Source: an uncultured Methanospirillum sp. (GTDB taxonomy: Archaea; Halobacteriota; Methanomicrobia; Methanomicrobiales; Methanospirillaceae). Taken from it: 29,889 nucleotides of DNA. Position 1 is the first letter of the stretch, and the number at the start of each line of letters is the position of its first letter. The stretch spans positions 186,001 through 215,889 of the forward strand of contig CAZWTX010000001.1 of assembly GCA_964637135.1 (NCBI GenBank), in the 5' to 3' direction. Below the pieces are notes generated by a model. That model was not told the origin of the DNA. It worked only from the letters and a program-made list of their open reading frames with translations, and made no database searches. Below are positions 9,122 through 19,059 of this stretch, piece after piece. The translations under genes were made by a program, and so were the position numbers.

Positions 9122-10822
9122 ATGACAGAGAAGAGTGGTATCAGGAAACCGGTACGCAACGGGGACACATTGATATTGATCAGGATGATAAGATACCTCT
9201 CAGGGCTCCGCATGGCAGACATCATGAGAAAAATATCCGAAATTTCTCCATTCCATCTCATTATCAGTGCGATCGCCCTCCTGGTGGTACTATCTGTAGT
9301 ATTCGTCATCGTTCACCAGTATTCTGAACCGTCCTTCTCTCCGGCCCCCGGATCACTTCCCCGGGATCTGATTGCCGTTGGCGATGAAAATGCTCTCCCG
9401 TTCTCATTCATGGCAGACGGAAAACCGGTAGGGTACGACATCGATCTCATCACCGCCATCGGAGAGAAGTCAGGCCTCAATATCACCATCCGCCTCATGC
9501 GGTGGACGGATGCACTAAACGCGGTGACCACTGGGAAAGCAGATATCCTCATTGGGGTCTCACAGACTGAAGAACGGGAGAAAATCCTGGATTTTTCCGA
9601 GCATACGCTCTCCCAGCATTCCGCCCTTTTTATTAACCGGGAGCAGTTTCAGAATCCCATCACCGAGGCATCCACGTTTTCCGGAACCATCAGTGTCAGG
9701 GCAGGGGGATCCAATGCCGAACTTGTGAGAATAGAATTTCCCCATGCCACGATGGTTGAATTTCCCTCCCAGGAGGAGGCACTTCATGCTCTCGTTGCCG
9801 GCGATGTCGATATTTTTGCCGGGAATTACTACGTCGGCCTGTACTATGCCCAGCGGGACAACCTGGAAGATAAGATAAAGATCATCGGCACCCCGTTTGA
9901 GGAACGGCTGTACGGGCCGGCGGTCAGAAAAGGGAACCGCGACCTCCAGCATGTCCTGACACAGGCAATCAGGAACCTCGAACGGGAGGGAACCATACAA
10001 CGGATCCAGGATACCTGGTTCGGCCAGGACTATTTCCCGAATCTCTACCTGAAATACTTATCGTACCTGTTCATCGCCGCCCTTGCCTGCTTATTACTTG
10101 TTGTTTCCTACACCCTTGTTCTCCGTCGGTTTAACCGGAAGGTGTACCGGGAAGTTGAAATCAGGACACAGGAATTGAACCAGTCTGGCGAGGTGATACA
10201 CACCCAATACGCCATTATCCAGGGAATCCTCAACAGCACTGAAAACGGTATCTTTTCAATCGACCGGGATTTCCGGTATACCGCATTCAATGCCGCCCAT
10301 GCACGGATCATGAAGGAGCAACATGATATCGCGATTCAGCATGGCATAAACCTAGAAACCCTGCTTTCAGATCACGAACGGGAGACGATCAAAAAGAACA
10401 TCGAACGGGCATTACACGGGGAGCGGTTTTCAGAGGTTGAATACTCACCAGGGATCGGTCTTTCCTCGCATTATTACCTCGTCATGTATAACCCAATCCT
10501 GAACATGGATGAGTCTGTCATCGGCGTTGCCCTGTTTACAACCGATATCACCGATTACAAGGCGATGGAAGAGAAAAACCACGAGGCGGTTATCAGGATG
10601 AACAAGATCATGGAGACGCTCTCCATCCTGAACGACCAGATCAGAAACCCGCTTACGGTGATGCTGATGCTCGCTGACAACCTGAATGAACCGGAGAAGG
10701 AACATTATTTGCGGGAAATCCAGAATATCAACGATCTTGTCACCCAGCTGGACAAGGGATGGGTTGAATCTGAAAAGATCCGGGCATACCTGATCCGGCA
10801 TCACGGGATGGAATTTTCGTGA
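9122..10822 (+). CDS. Membrane sensor: family-3 solute-binding domain, TM, PAS, truncated HisKA-like tail (true start may be downstream, near 9212)
   Basis: PFSF...GYDIDLITAI, TEEREKILDFS and AVRKGN match SBP_bac_3; PAS-like GIFSIDRDFRYTAFN...TDITDYK; tail ILNDQIRNPL...LDKGWVESEKIRAYL with no ATPase domain. Confidence 0.88.
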   Translation: MTEKSGIRKPVRNGDTLILIRMIRYLSGLRMADIMRKISEISPFHLIISAIALLVVLSVVFVIVHQYSEPSFSPAPGSLPRDLIAVGDENALPFSFMADGKPVGYDIDLITAIGEKSGLNITIRLMRWTDALNAVTTGKADILIGVSQTEEREKILDFSEHTLSQHSALFINREQFQNPITEASTFSGTISVRAGGSNAELVRIEFPHATMVEFPSQEEALHALVAGDVDIFAGNYYVGLYYAQRDNLEDKIKIIGTPFEERLYGPAVRKGNRDLQHVLTQAIRNLEREGTIQRIQDTWFGQDYFPNLYLKYLSYLFIAALACLLLVVSYTLVLRRFNRKVYREVEIRTQELNQSGEVIHTQYAIIQGILNSTENGIFSIDRDFRYTAFNAAHARIMKEQHDIAIQHGINLETLLSDHERETIKKNIERALHGERFSEVEYSPGIGLSSHYYLVMYNPILNMDESVIGVALFTTDITDYKAMEEKNHEAVIRMNKIMETLSILNDQIRNPLTVMLMLADNLNEPEKEHYLREIQNINDLVTQLDKGWVESEKIRAYLIRHHGMEFS

Positions 10823-11303
10823 AAACCTCAGGCATTCCGGGAGATGGCCCGGTTTCGGTACTGACCAGCTGAAAGTCCGGTTGTCTGGGGGTCTGCCGGG
10901 AACAACCGGCGTGAGATCTTTCGCATTGCACCCTCACCGCCCATGGCGGGGTCCGTGGCTGTGCCGCCGGCCGGGTTATGGATCAACCGGTGAATGAGAC
11001 GGTCTGAACCGGTATCAGGACTGACTACAAACCAGAGCGGGATTCGGGAGGAATGCCAGTTTCCGGGATATCCTCCGCAGATACCAGATTTCAGAAGAGA
11101 AGAATGAGTGCAATCACAAGAGTGATTCTTAAAAAAGTGTCCATGGATGCCAGGATAGAGTCATGCCATCATCAGTGCGGAGGTCATGAATTTTTTTAAA
11201 CCATATATTCACCGGGAAGATGAACAGAATTAATCGATAGTGACCTCAGAATTTATTAAATGAGATTACAACGCACTCGATCCATATCAGGTGGAAGAAC
11301 ATC

Positions 11304-11552
11304 ATGCGGGTCATCTTCATATCAGCAATTATCGTCTGCACTGCCCTTGTATTCCTCATCCAGGCGGGTATTGCAGCCCTGCCAGAACATACCGTGGTAT
11401 TGCAGGAGGAGACACCGGATGAATACAGCCATGATTACTGCCCATGGGGGGATTGTCCTCACGGGGAGATGAATACCGGCAAGGCCTCCGAAGGGGAGGA
11501 GAGAACCGCAGCATATCCCTGCCATGCCAATTGTCCGCATATCTCCCCCTAG
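11304..11552 (+). CDS. Small exported Cys/His-rich hypothetical protein (82 aa)
   Basis: Hydrophobic signal peptide ending GIAA, AT-rich TTTATTAAA upstream, pyrimidine/T-rich tract downstream, two C-xn-CPH motifs. Confidence 0.62.
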   Translation: MRVIFISAIIVCTALVFLIQAGIAALPEHTVVLQEETPDEYSHDYCPWGDCPHGEMNTGKASEGEERTAAYPCHANCPHISP

Positions 11553-11763
11553 GAATACCTTCAGACTCCTCCCACTCTTTCTTAACTCCCTCTCCCGGCG
11601 GCCCGTCTTTTTTCATGTTCTAGGATAGTTGCCGCAGGTATCCCCCAACCGGCCCCGGGAACCGGTTTATCACGCTGATCCCGGGATGGTACCTCCCGTC
11701 AGGCCCGGGAAGAAGCATGAATGATACTGAACATCACGTTATGATACCGCCGGTACCGGGATC

Positions 11764-13257
11764 CTATCTTCTTCCGTAGAGCCGGATCATGGTTTGGAGC
11801 CGCTCTATTATCTCCGGTCTCGCATAATCAGCCGGTGCCCGCCACCGCCAGTTGTTTTTCCCGACCCCGGGATTGTTCATCCGTGACTCTGACCCAAGGC
11901 AAAGGATATCCTGTATGGGAAGAATGACCATGTCTGCAACCGACATGAGGGCATACCGGATAAGCGTCCATGGAAGGTCAGCCTCTGCAATTTCTCCCCC
12001 TAAATAGGAGAATATCCGCTCCCGTTCTTCTTCATTCAGGTTATCCCTGAACCAGCCGATGATCGGGGGATTGTCATGAGTCCCGGTATAGAGAACACCG
12101 TTCTTCTCAAGGTTATGGAAGATATAGGGGTTTTTTCCGATATCTTCAGAGAATGCAAACTGCAACACGTTCATACCCGGGATTTCGTACTTTCGCATTA
12201 TCTCCCGCACATCAGGCGTGATAATCCCGAGGTCTTCGGCGATGATCGGCAGGGAGGGTATCCTGAACATGAGATGATCCAGGAAATCCTCAACCGGGAC
12301 ATCCTTCCACTCGCCGTTTATCGCATTCTCCTCCCCGTACGGGATTGCCCAGTAGGCCACGAGACCGCGGAAGTGGTCGATCCGCAGAATATCCACCAGG
12401 GAAAGATTTCGCTCAACCCGCCGTATCCACCAGGAATACTTCGTCTGCCGCAGATACTCCCAGTTGTACACGGGGTTTCCCCATAGCTGCCCGGTACTGC
12501 TGAAATAATCGGGTGGAACGCCGGAAACGGTAACCGGTTGCAGAGATGCATCCAGGTGAAACATCGCAGGATGCATCCAGACATCGACACTGTCGTAATC
12601 GATATAAATCGGGAGATCACCGATTATCAGAACATCATTCTCCCTGCAGTACTCCCTGAGGGCATTCCACTGGGAAGACAGGATATACTGGAGGAATTGT
12701 TCTTTTTCTATCAGACCGGAGAGTTCCTTTTGCATCCGGTTAGTTTCTTCGGGAACGTGTGTTTTTATGCCATCAGGCCATGTTTCCCAGGGTGTATCGT
12801 CGCAAAAATCGCGTATTGCAAAGAACAGGGCAAACGGTTCAAGCCACCAGGCATTATCGGTACAAAATTTTCTGAACAGGCTATCGGGTTCACGTTTAAA
12901 CCGGTCATATGCCAGGTCAAACAGATGATTTTTATACGCGATGATCGCCGGATAATCAACGGCAACCGGATCTAATCCGGGAGGTGGGGCGATCTCCTCC
13001 GGTGAAAGGTATCCGTCCCTCACCAGGAGTTCCGGACTGATAAACAGGGGATTCAACCCGAAGGCAGAGAGCGATCGGTAGGGATTGTTGTCATACCGGG
13101 GAGAGGTGGGATGTAAAGGCAGAACCTGCCAGTAATGAAGGCCGGATTCGGCTAGAAAATCCACAAACGCATAGGCACCCGGACCAAGATCACCAATTCC
13201 GAATCCTGACGGCAGCGACGATATATGAATCAGCACTCCTGCTCCCCGTTGTTTCAT
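11764..13257 (-). CDS. malQ: 4-alpha-glucanotransferase (amylomaltase, GH77)
   Basis: GVLIHISSLP, WQVLPL, GVPPDYFSSTGQLWGNP, RIDHFRG, IAEDLG, YTGTHDN, RMNNPG...NWRWR. Confidence 0.97.
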   Translation of the reverse strand: MKQRGAGVLIHISSLPSGFGIGDLGPGAYAFVDFLAESGLHYWQVLPLHPTSPRYDNNPYRSLSAFGLNPLFISPELLVRDGYLSPEEIAPPPGLDPVAVDYPAIIAYKNHLFDLAYDRFKREPDSLFRKFCTDNAWWLEPFALFFAIRDFCDDTPWETWPDGIKTHVPEETNRMQKELSGLIEKEQFLQYILSSQWNALREYCRENDVLIIGDLPIYIDYDSVDVWMHPAMFHLDASLQPVTVSGVPPDYFSSTGQLWGNPVYNWEYLRQTKYSWWIRRVERNLSLVDILRIDHFRGLVAYWAIPYGEENAINGEWKDVPVEDFLDHLMFRIPSLPIIAEDLGIITPDVREIMRKYEIPGMNVLQFAFSEDIGKNPYIFHNLEKNGVLYTGTHDNPPIIGWFRDNLNEEERERIFSYLGGEIAEADLPWTLIRYALMSVADMVILPIQDILCLGSESRMNNPGVGKNNWRWRAPADYARPEIIERLQTMIRLYGRR

Positions 13258-13466
13258 ACGTCACCCCCGATGTGAACAATCTCATACCATACCTCATTAA
13301 GGTATTTGTGGACGGACAGGTCTGTATAATAACGGGTAAACTAGGGACAATCATCCGGCACGCCACAAAAACTGCATCTCTTCTCTATCCCGGTTTTCAT
13401 TCCGGATGTAGCTGTCTTGGGAGGATCGGGCGGATTCATGGCAGCCGGTACCAGACAGGTACTGAA

Positions 13467-15959
13467 TCAGGGATACATGACCCCGAGAAAATCTCCGAGC
13501 CGCTCAAATTGTATCAGCCAGTCTTCTGCAGAGGAATCGCCGTTCTTCTTTCGGAGTCGCATCATGTCGCAGATGTGCTTCCCAATAAAAAAATACCGGT
13601 TCTGGCTGTCCCGGAGATCAGGATCCAGGGTCAGGGGTGATAATATCGAAAACAGGGTATTTAGATCCTCGATACGAGCTATGTCCAGGGGATCCTGTTC
13701 AACCGCCTGCATCTTCCGTGTTATTGCAGATGGGGCGATGAAACTGAACAGGGTCGTGTCAATCCTGAAATTGCCCTGGACGATTGCCTCAACAGACGAT
13801 TTTAACGCCGTATAATTAATGTTATCAGATTTCAGGCATGATACCAGGTCCTGGTTCAGGACGTACTGCATTGGAAATTCAAGAGCAGGTGGAGGTTGTA
13901 ACCGGATCTCCCGCATCGCCCCGAGAAGGGTAAAATACCGGGAATAAATCTGCCGGTATCCGGTTTCAAGCGTGGACAGCGTGGTGTTCAGAATAGAGTC
14001 GAATACTTTTCGTTTTCCTTCCTTGAAGAGTTGCCATACCGAGTAGGAATGATCCACAAAATGTTCATCGATGCAATGGATCAATCCCGGAATATCGCTA
14101 CGGGAAAAGGCATTCCAGAGATCGGTTTCCATCTCGTCAAACGACTCCCGGGATGTATACGGACTGACCCCGCCGAGAAAATTATGGTTTCCCATATGGA
14201 GGGCAGCAAACATAAGAAGTGATTTTGCACGGGTAATCTCTGAGCGGAATAAGGCATATCCGCAACAGAGGTTGAGCTGGCCAGCCATGCATTGCCGGTA
14301 TCCTTCATTCCGTACCGAATACGAGTAAAGAGTCAGTTCTTTAGGATATTGTTCGATCAGAGACGTAATGGCATAATGAAATGCCACCCGGCTGATGTCA
14401 ATGATTGACGGCCTGACAACGGTGGTGTAAATGACCCCGCCATCCTGCATCTTTGCAATATTACCGTGGGCCTGCCTGAGCATTCCGATGAATTCGGGTT
14501 CAAAATCCACTCCTGAAACATCCCGTGCCAGTTGCATTGCCCGGCAGGCATACATGAGGACCTGGATCGTTTCTATGCCTGAAATTTCATCGAAAAACCA
14601 TCCGCAACTGGTCTGCATGAAGAGAGCATTTTTCATCATCTCGAGCAGTTTCAGTCCCTGAACCGGGCTGTCAGATGATACGGCGTCTCTTCCATGAGTC
14701 AGAAAAAAGGCCTGGATTGATTCAGGACGGCGGTCTCTTATGAGATCACTGTAATCATGGAGAGCCGCCAGGGGATCAGAGAAAACAGTACTGCCTTCCT
14801 GCTCATACAGGTCAGACAGGCTCTCATTCAGCCAGGTTACAGCCCCTCGGAGTGGTTTTCTCCATTTCTGGTTCCAGGAAGTTGTTTCACCGGATGGAAT
14901 CAGGAATACATGGGTATCCGGTGAAAACACCTGATCTGACAACGGATGGTCCCGCGGGCTCCGGCACCCGCAGTCATCCCTCCATCGTTCAATGCCATGA
15001 CTGCAGCTCCATGATGTATTCTCCCGGATGATGACGTCATGCGTCGGAGGAAATTTTTCCCGGTATTCTCCATAATTGGTAATGATAGCGAGTTTTTTCT
15101 CCTCGATAGTATGGAGGGCATACGCGAGCGCCATATCGGCAAACCGGTGGTGATGTCCGTAGGTCTCTCCGTCATTTGCAAGATTGAGCAGACAAGGCTG
15201 CTGTATCCCTTCTGGAAAAGAGGAGATCATTCTTTCGGCAAAACGCTCCCCGTTTTGAAGAATGTCACTGAAGGCTATCTCATTTGAGAGTTTACCATCA
15301 TAAAAAAACACGGATATTGTTCTTCCCGACGGGAGCCGGCACCGGTACGGCATCCGGGTATCGATGGTCGTTCCCGTGCAGTCGGTCCATCCGGTTTCGC
15401 TGCACTTTTTTACTGCTGTAGCCTGATGCGGGGCGAGAATGGTAAAGAGAATGTCATGTTCAGCAAGAACTTCCAGCGTCTCATAATCCACGGCAGTCTC
15501 CGGGAGCCACATCCCTTCCGGTTTCCTGTGAAAACGGTGTTCAAAATCCCTGATTCCCCAGATCACCGCGGTCTGTTTATCCCTGGATGATGCAAGCGGG
15601 AGTATGATATGGCTGTATGGCTGGGCGATGGCTGAACCATGACCGGAGAACTTCTTCTGGCTCTCCCGGTCGGCATCAAGGATCATCTTGTAGAGCTCGG
15701 GTTTCTTCCGTTCAATCCAGGAGATAAGAGTCGGACCGAAATTAAAACTGATATTCGCATAATTGTTTACAATATTGATGATCTTCTTGCCTGACTGGAG
15801 GATGCGGGAAGAGGCATTGGGAGCATAACATTCCGCGGTAATCTTCTCATTCCAGTCATGGAATGGATATGCAGAGTCCTCGATCTCTATCTCGTCAAGC
15901 CATGGATTCTCCCGGGGTGGCTGGTAAAAGTGTCCGTGAATGCAGATATAGCGGTTCAT
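13467..15959 (-). CDS. GH57-family glycoside hydrolase with DUF3536
   Basis: CIHGHFYQPPRENPW, GMWLPETAVD (nucleophile Glu), DGETYGHH, SWSCSHGIERW, MQTSCGWFFDE. Confidence 0.93.
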   Translation of the reverse strand: MNRYICIHGHFYQPPRENPWLDEIEIEDSAYPFHDWNEKITAECYAPNASSRILQSGKKIINIVNNYANISFNFGPTLISWIERKKPELYKMILDADRESQKKFSGHGSAIAQPYSHIILPLASSRDKQTAVIWGIRDFEHRFHRKPEGMWLPETAVDYETLEVLAEHDILFTILAPHQATAVKKCSETGWTDCTGTTIDTRMPYRCRLPSGRTISVFFYDGKLSNEIAFSDILQNGERFAERMISSFPEGIQQPCLLNLANDGETYGHHHRFADMALAYALHTIEEKKLAIITNYGEYREKFPPTHDVIIRENTSWSCSHGIERWRDDCGCRSPRDHPLSDQVFSPDTHVFLIPSGETTSWNQKWRKPLRGAVTWLNESLSDLYEQEGSTVFSDPLAALHDYSDLIRDRRPESIQAFFLTHGRDAVSSDSPVQGLKLLEMMKNALFMQTSCGWFFDEISGIETIQVLMYACRAMQLARDVSGVDFEPEFIGMLRQAHGNIAKMQDGGVIYTTVVRPSIIDISRVAFHYAITSLIEQYPKELTLYSYSVRNEGYRQCMAGQLNLCCGYALFRSEITRAKSLLMFAALHMGNHNFLGGVSPYTSRESFDEMETDLWNAFSRSDIPGLIHCIDEHFVDHSYSVWQLFKEGKRKVFDSILNTTLSTLETGYRQIYSRYFTLLGAMREIRLQPPPALEFPMQYVLNQDLVSCLKSDNINYTALKSSVEAIVQGNFRIDTTLFSFIAPSAITRKMQAVEQDPLDIARIEDLNTLFSILSPLTLDPDLRDSQNRYFFIGKHICDMMRLRKKNGDSSAEDWLIQFERLGDFLGVMYP

Positions 15960-16373
15960 TCATATCCCTCCCGAGCAGAGTACAGCCTTCCCCACGATGC
16001 AGTACAGTCAGATGTGCCGGAACCGTAATGAAACCTCCCCGGGACAGGTGTATCGCACATGACACCCGATACCGGAAGAGAAAAAACTCATTTACCGGAT
16101 ACGAACTGAATATGGAAGACCAGACCGGATAGAATTGCGTTATTCCTCTGAAAAGGAAGAGACCCGGTCAGACGTATCCAACCCCACCGAAAGTACATTA
16201 TTTGGTACCGGAATGCCCGATGGGGAATACCCTTTTGAGGGGGCCTGAATTCCCGGACAAACGCGTATTTGCAATGCCATCACGGCAACTGAGAATATCC
16301 GGAAAGACTATCCAGACCAAAGGACCGAATAATCGGTATTTTCTGCATCAGAAAGCAGCAGGATCAGGAACAA

Positions 16374-17045
16374 TCAGGGTGAGAGGAATTCCCAGATATC
16401 CTCCAGGCAGACCCTATCACCGGCTGCAATCGCCGGGATAATAAACCGGAAGAATTCCTTCGTGTACTCCTCAAATGGGTAGCCTTCCCCCTCGATCACG
16501 AGTTTCCATTTCTCCTCCATCGAGAGGATGTTCATAAAAGCGATCATGAGGTACATCGAGGCAAGAAACGGGTCAAGATCAGCACGAATCGTCCCGTCAT
16601 CAATCCCCTCCCGGATAGCATCCCGCAGGATCAGCCGGCAGGTACCGTATCCCTTCCCGATCTCCGCGGTACAGGGATTCTCCTTTGAAAACCGTTCGGT
16701 ACCGTAAAAATGGATCATGCGAAGGTATTCCGGGTGTTCCTGTGAGAACCGGTAATAGGCCTGGCCCATCAGGACGACCTTTGCTATCCCGGGAACGTTT
16801 TTCTCCATACACTCCCGGTATTTTTCCTCGAGGATTGCAACACCACGGAGCACAACCGACGCATACAGGGCCTCTTTATTCTGGAAATAGAGGTAAAGGG
16901 TCGCCTTATTCAGCTCAACCTCCCGGGCGATCCCGTCCATGGAAACCTCTTCGTATCCCCGGGAAAAAAAGAGCCGTTCGGCTGCATCGAGGATTTCGGT
17001 TCTCCGTTGTTCTTTTTCCCGCTGTCTCCGATCGGCTATACCCAT
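16374..17045 (-). CDS. TetR/AcrR family transcriptional regulator
   Basis: EILDAAERLFFSRGYEEVSMDGIAREVELNKATLYLYFQNKEALY. Confidence 0.94.
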   Translation of the reverse strand: MGIADRRQREKEQRRTEILDAAERLFFSRGYEEVSMDGIAREVELNKATLYLYFQNKEALYASVVLRGVAILEEKYRECMEKNVPGIAKVVLMGQAYYRFSQEHPEYLRMIHFYGTERFSKENPCTAEIGKGYGTCRLILRDAIREGIDDGTIRADLDPFLASMYLMIAFMNILSMEEKWKLVIEGEGYPFEEYTKEFFRFIIPAIAAGDRVCLEDIWEFLSP

Positions 17046-17160
17046 CCCGGCCCTCCGGTCAGTATCCCGAAGGATGCGACAGGCATCTGATTCGGGAGGA
17101 AAACGCTCCCTTGAACCAATAGTACCTCATACCCGGTACCGGAACAGGACCCTGATGTAC

Positions 17161-17748
17161 TCATGTCCTTCCATCCTGCTTTGCAAGCAGGGTGAGGAGC
17201 CATGCCATGGTCTTCCCAGTCTCATGGCCCCGGCGGATTCCCTCCTGATCTTCACTGACCGAACCAATCTCGTTTCCAAGGCCCACTACCGGTTTTCCAG
17301 GGATGATCATCCCGGAAAATGTCATGAAATTCATCAGGGTATTGAGGGTCGTGATAGCCCCTGCTCTCCTCATAACGGCAACACCAACGCCGACCTTGCG
17401 TGAGAACAGATCCCGGTTGACCATCGAGACAAACCCTGCCCGGTCAATAAATCCCTTCATCTCGGCGTTGACATCGAGGAAGTACACCGGCGAGCCGAGG
17501 ATGATGCCGTCAGCACCAATTATCCTGTCGATAGCGGTATTGACGATATCATCATCAAAGATACAATGGCCGTTCTGCATCTCCCGGCATTTCAGGCAGG
17601 CAGTGCATCCCCGTGCCACATTCCCCGAGAGATTCAGCTCTTCAACGCTGATTCCTTCCTGTTCCAGTTCCTCAATAATGTGTCTCATCAGGATGGCAGT
17701 GTTCCCGTCCGTGCGGGGACTGCTATTGATTGCGATTACAGTTGTCAT
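17161..17748 (-). CDS. Flavodoxin-family iron-sulfur flavoprotein (Isf-like)
   Basis: INSSPRTDGNT, compact cysteine motif CTACLKC-x7-C, GIILGSPVYF, MKGFIDR. Confidence 0.92.
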   Translation of the reverse strand: MTTVIAINSSPRTDGNTAILMRHIIEELEQEGISVEELNLSGNVARGCTACLKCREMQNGHCIFDDDIVNTAIDRIIGADGIILGSPVYFLDVNAEMKGFIDRAGFVSMVNRDLFSRKVGVGVAVMRRAGAITTLNTLMNFMTFSGMIIPGKPVVGLGNEIGSVSEDQEGIRRGHETGKTMAWLLTLLAKQDGRT

Positions 17749-17867
17749 TTACTGTTTCCTTGAGTATTCCTTGTTTTCGAAGGAGGGATCGGTACGGTCA
17801 TGCCGGCCGGGCGGTTCACCGGTACTCCTTCAGATCTCTCCCCGGCGTCAGGCCTCGATGGTGGCCA

Positions 17868-18668
17868 TCAGAGATAGTATTCCGGCATCTTCGGCTCATG
17901 ATACAGGGTATGGAGTCGCATGGAAGCCTCAGTTACCAGTCCGGGTTTCATGCTCCTCGCATGCTGCGGGCATTTTCTGATACAGGCACAGCAGGTGATG
18001 CATTTCTCTGTGTCGATACGGGCACTGTCTTCAGGGTCGATCGCCCCGGCCGGGCACGCTCTCGCACAGAGCCCGCAATGGATGCAGGTTTCGCTGACCG
18101 CGATGAAGTCAACGTTCCACAGGGTCGGATCTCCCCGGTACGGGTGCATGCCGGGAACCGCATCACTGGATTGAAAGGGTATCAACGGGACAGATGCACA
18201 TTTTTCCCGGATTTTGCATCCGAATGCTTCAGCATGCCGGAGATCATCCGTGTCAGGTCGTCCTGCCGCGGTCGGCGTCCCGGCAGTCGAGAACGAGTGT
18301 TCCCCGATCCACGCTCCGGCGGCGATGGGAATTCCCCCGCATTTCCTCACGATGTCGGTGAGTTCGACGAGGGCATCCTCAAAGGTCCGGTTCCCGTACA
18401 CTACCACGCAGACGGTGGGCGTGCCCTGCAGTTTCATGGCCTGCAGCCATGCACTGATGAGAGTCGGGACCCGGCCCATGTATACGGGGACCCCTATGAC
18501 GAGCAGTTCGTCATCCGATGCCCTGAATGGTTCTGATCTCGCTTCCGGCGTGGTGATGTCGATGATTTTCTTCTCATCCGGGTGAAACCCCCGGACAATT
18601 TCTTCAACGACTGCTTTCGTTGTTCCGGTCGGTGAAAACCAGACCAGCGATGTGGTATGAATGTCCAT
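17868..18668 (-). CDS. EFR1-family flavodoxin-fold / 4Fe-4S dicluster protein
   Basis: FSPTGTT, GVPVYMGRVP, VVYGNR, GEHSFS, GRPD; CIHCGLCARACP and CITCCACIRKCP. ATG 18668 is preferred over the ORF-track start at 18761. Confidence 0.9.
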   Translation of the reverse strand: MDIHTTSLVWFSPTGTTKAVVEEIVRGFHPDEKKIIDITTPEARSEPFRASDDELLVIGVPVYMGRVPTLISAWLQAMKLQGTPTVCVVVYGNRTFEDALVELTDIVRKCGGIPIAAGAWIGEHSFSTAGTPTAAGRPDTDDLRHAEAFGCKIREKCASVPLIPFQSSDAVPGMHPYRGDPTLWNVDFIAVSETCIHCGLCARACPAGAIDPEDSARIDTEKCITCCACIRKCPQHARSMKPGLVTEASMRLHTLYHEPKMPEYYL

Positions 18669-18823
18669 TTTCTTTGAATCCTTTAATTTCGGGAGGGGTG
18701 ACCGGTTCGGACGGTGCGATCCTCCAGCCCTGCCGCTTGATCGTATCCCTGCCAGTGCCATAGCACCAGGAATCTCTCGGGGGGATCAGGCAGAATCCGA
18801 CTGAGAGGAATCTTCTCATATTG

Positions 18824-18857
18824 TATAACTATGAGTTATAAAATAACTAACGGTTAT
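18824..18857. promoter_or_regulatory. Two tandem palindromic sites, probable operators for the downstream TetR
   Basis: TATAACT-ATG-AGTTATA (18824-18840) and ATAACT-AAC-GGTTAT (18843-18857), overlapping a TATA-like TTTTATAA on the minus strand. Confidence 0.7.
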
Positions 18858-19059
18858 CATAGAACCCTTTAGGATTCTCTTCGGGGTTCGCATCCGGCAT
18901 CTCTGAAACGGTCTCAGGTCCCGTTCCGGTGCATAATCAGTCCCTGACCGGTCCGAAAGATACTGACACAGGTATCCCTGGTCCAGGTACCTGGTGCGAA
19001 GGTTCTTTCCCGACAGGCTCCTCCGTGTTACGGGGATCAGAATATTGATTCAGCCCGAT

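Noticed and set aside
15960..16373. ~400-bp intergenic region upstream of the GH57 gene
   Set aside because: No convincing ORF, repeat or stable structure recognised by eye.
17303..18536. 225-aa and 268-aa plus-strand ORFs
   Set aside because: Antisense to the Isf and EFR1 genes; they look like reverse-frame translations.
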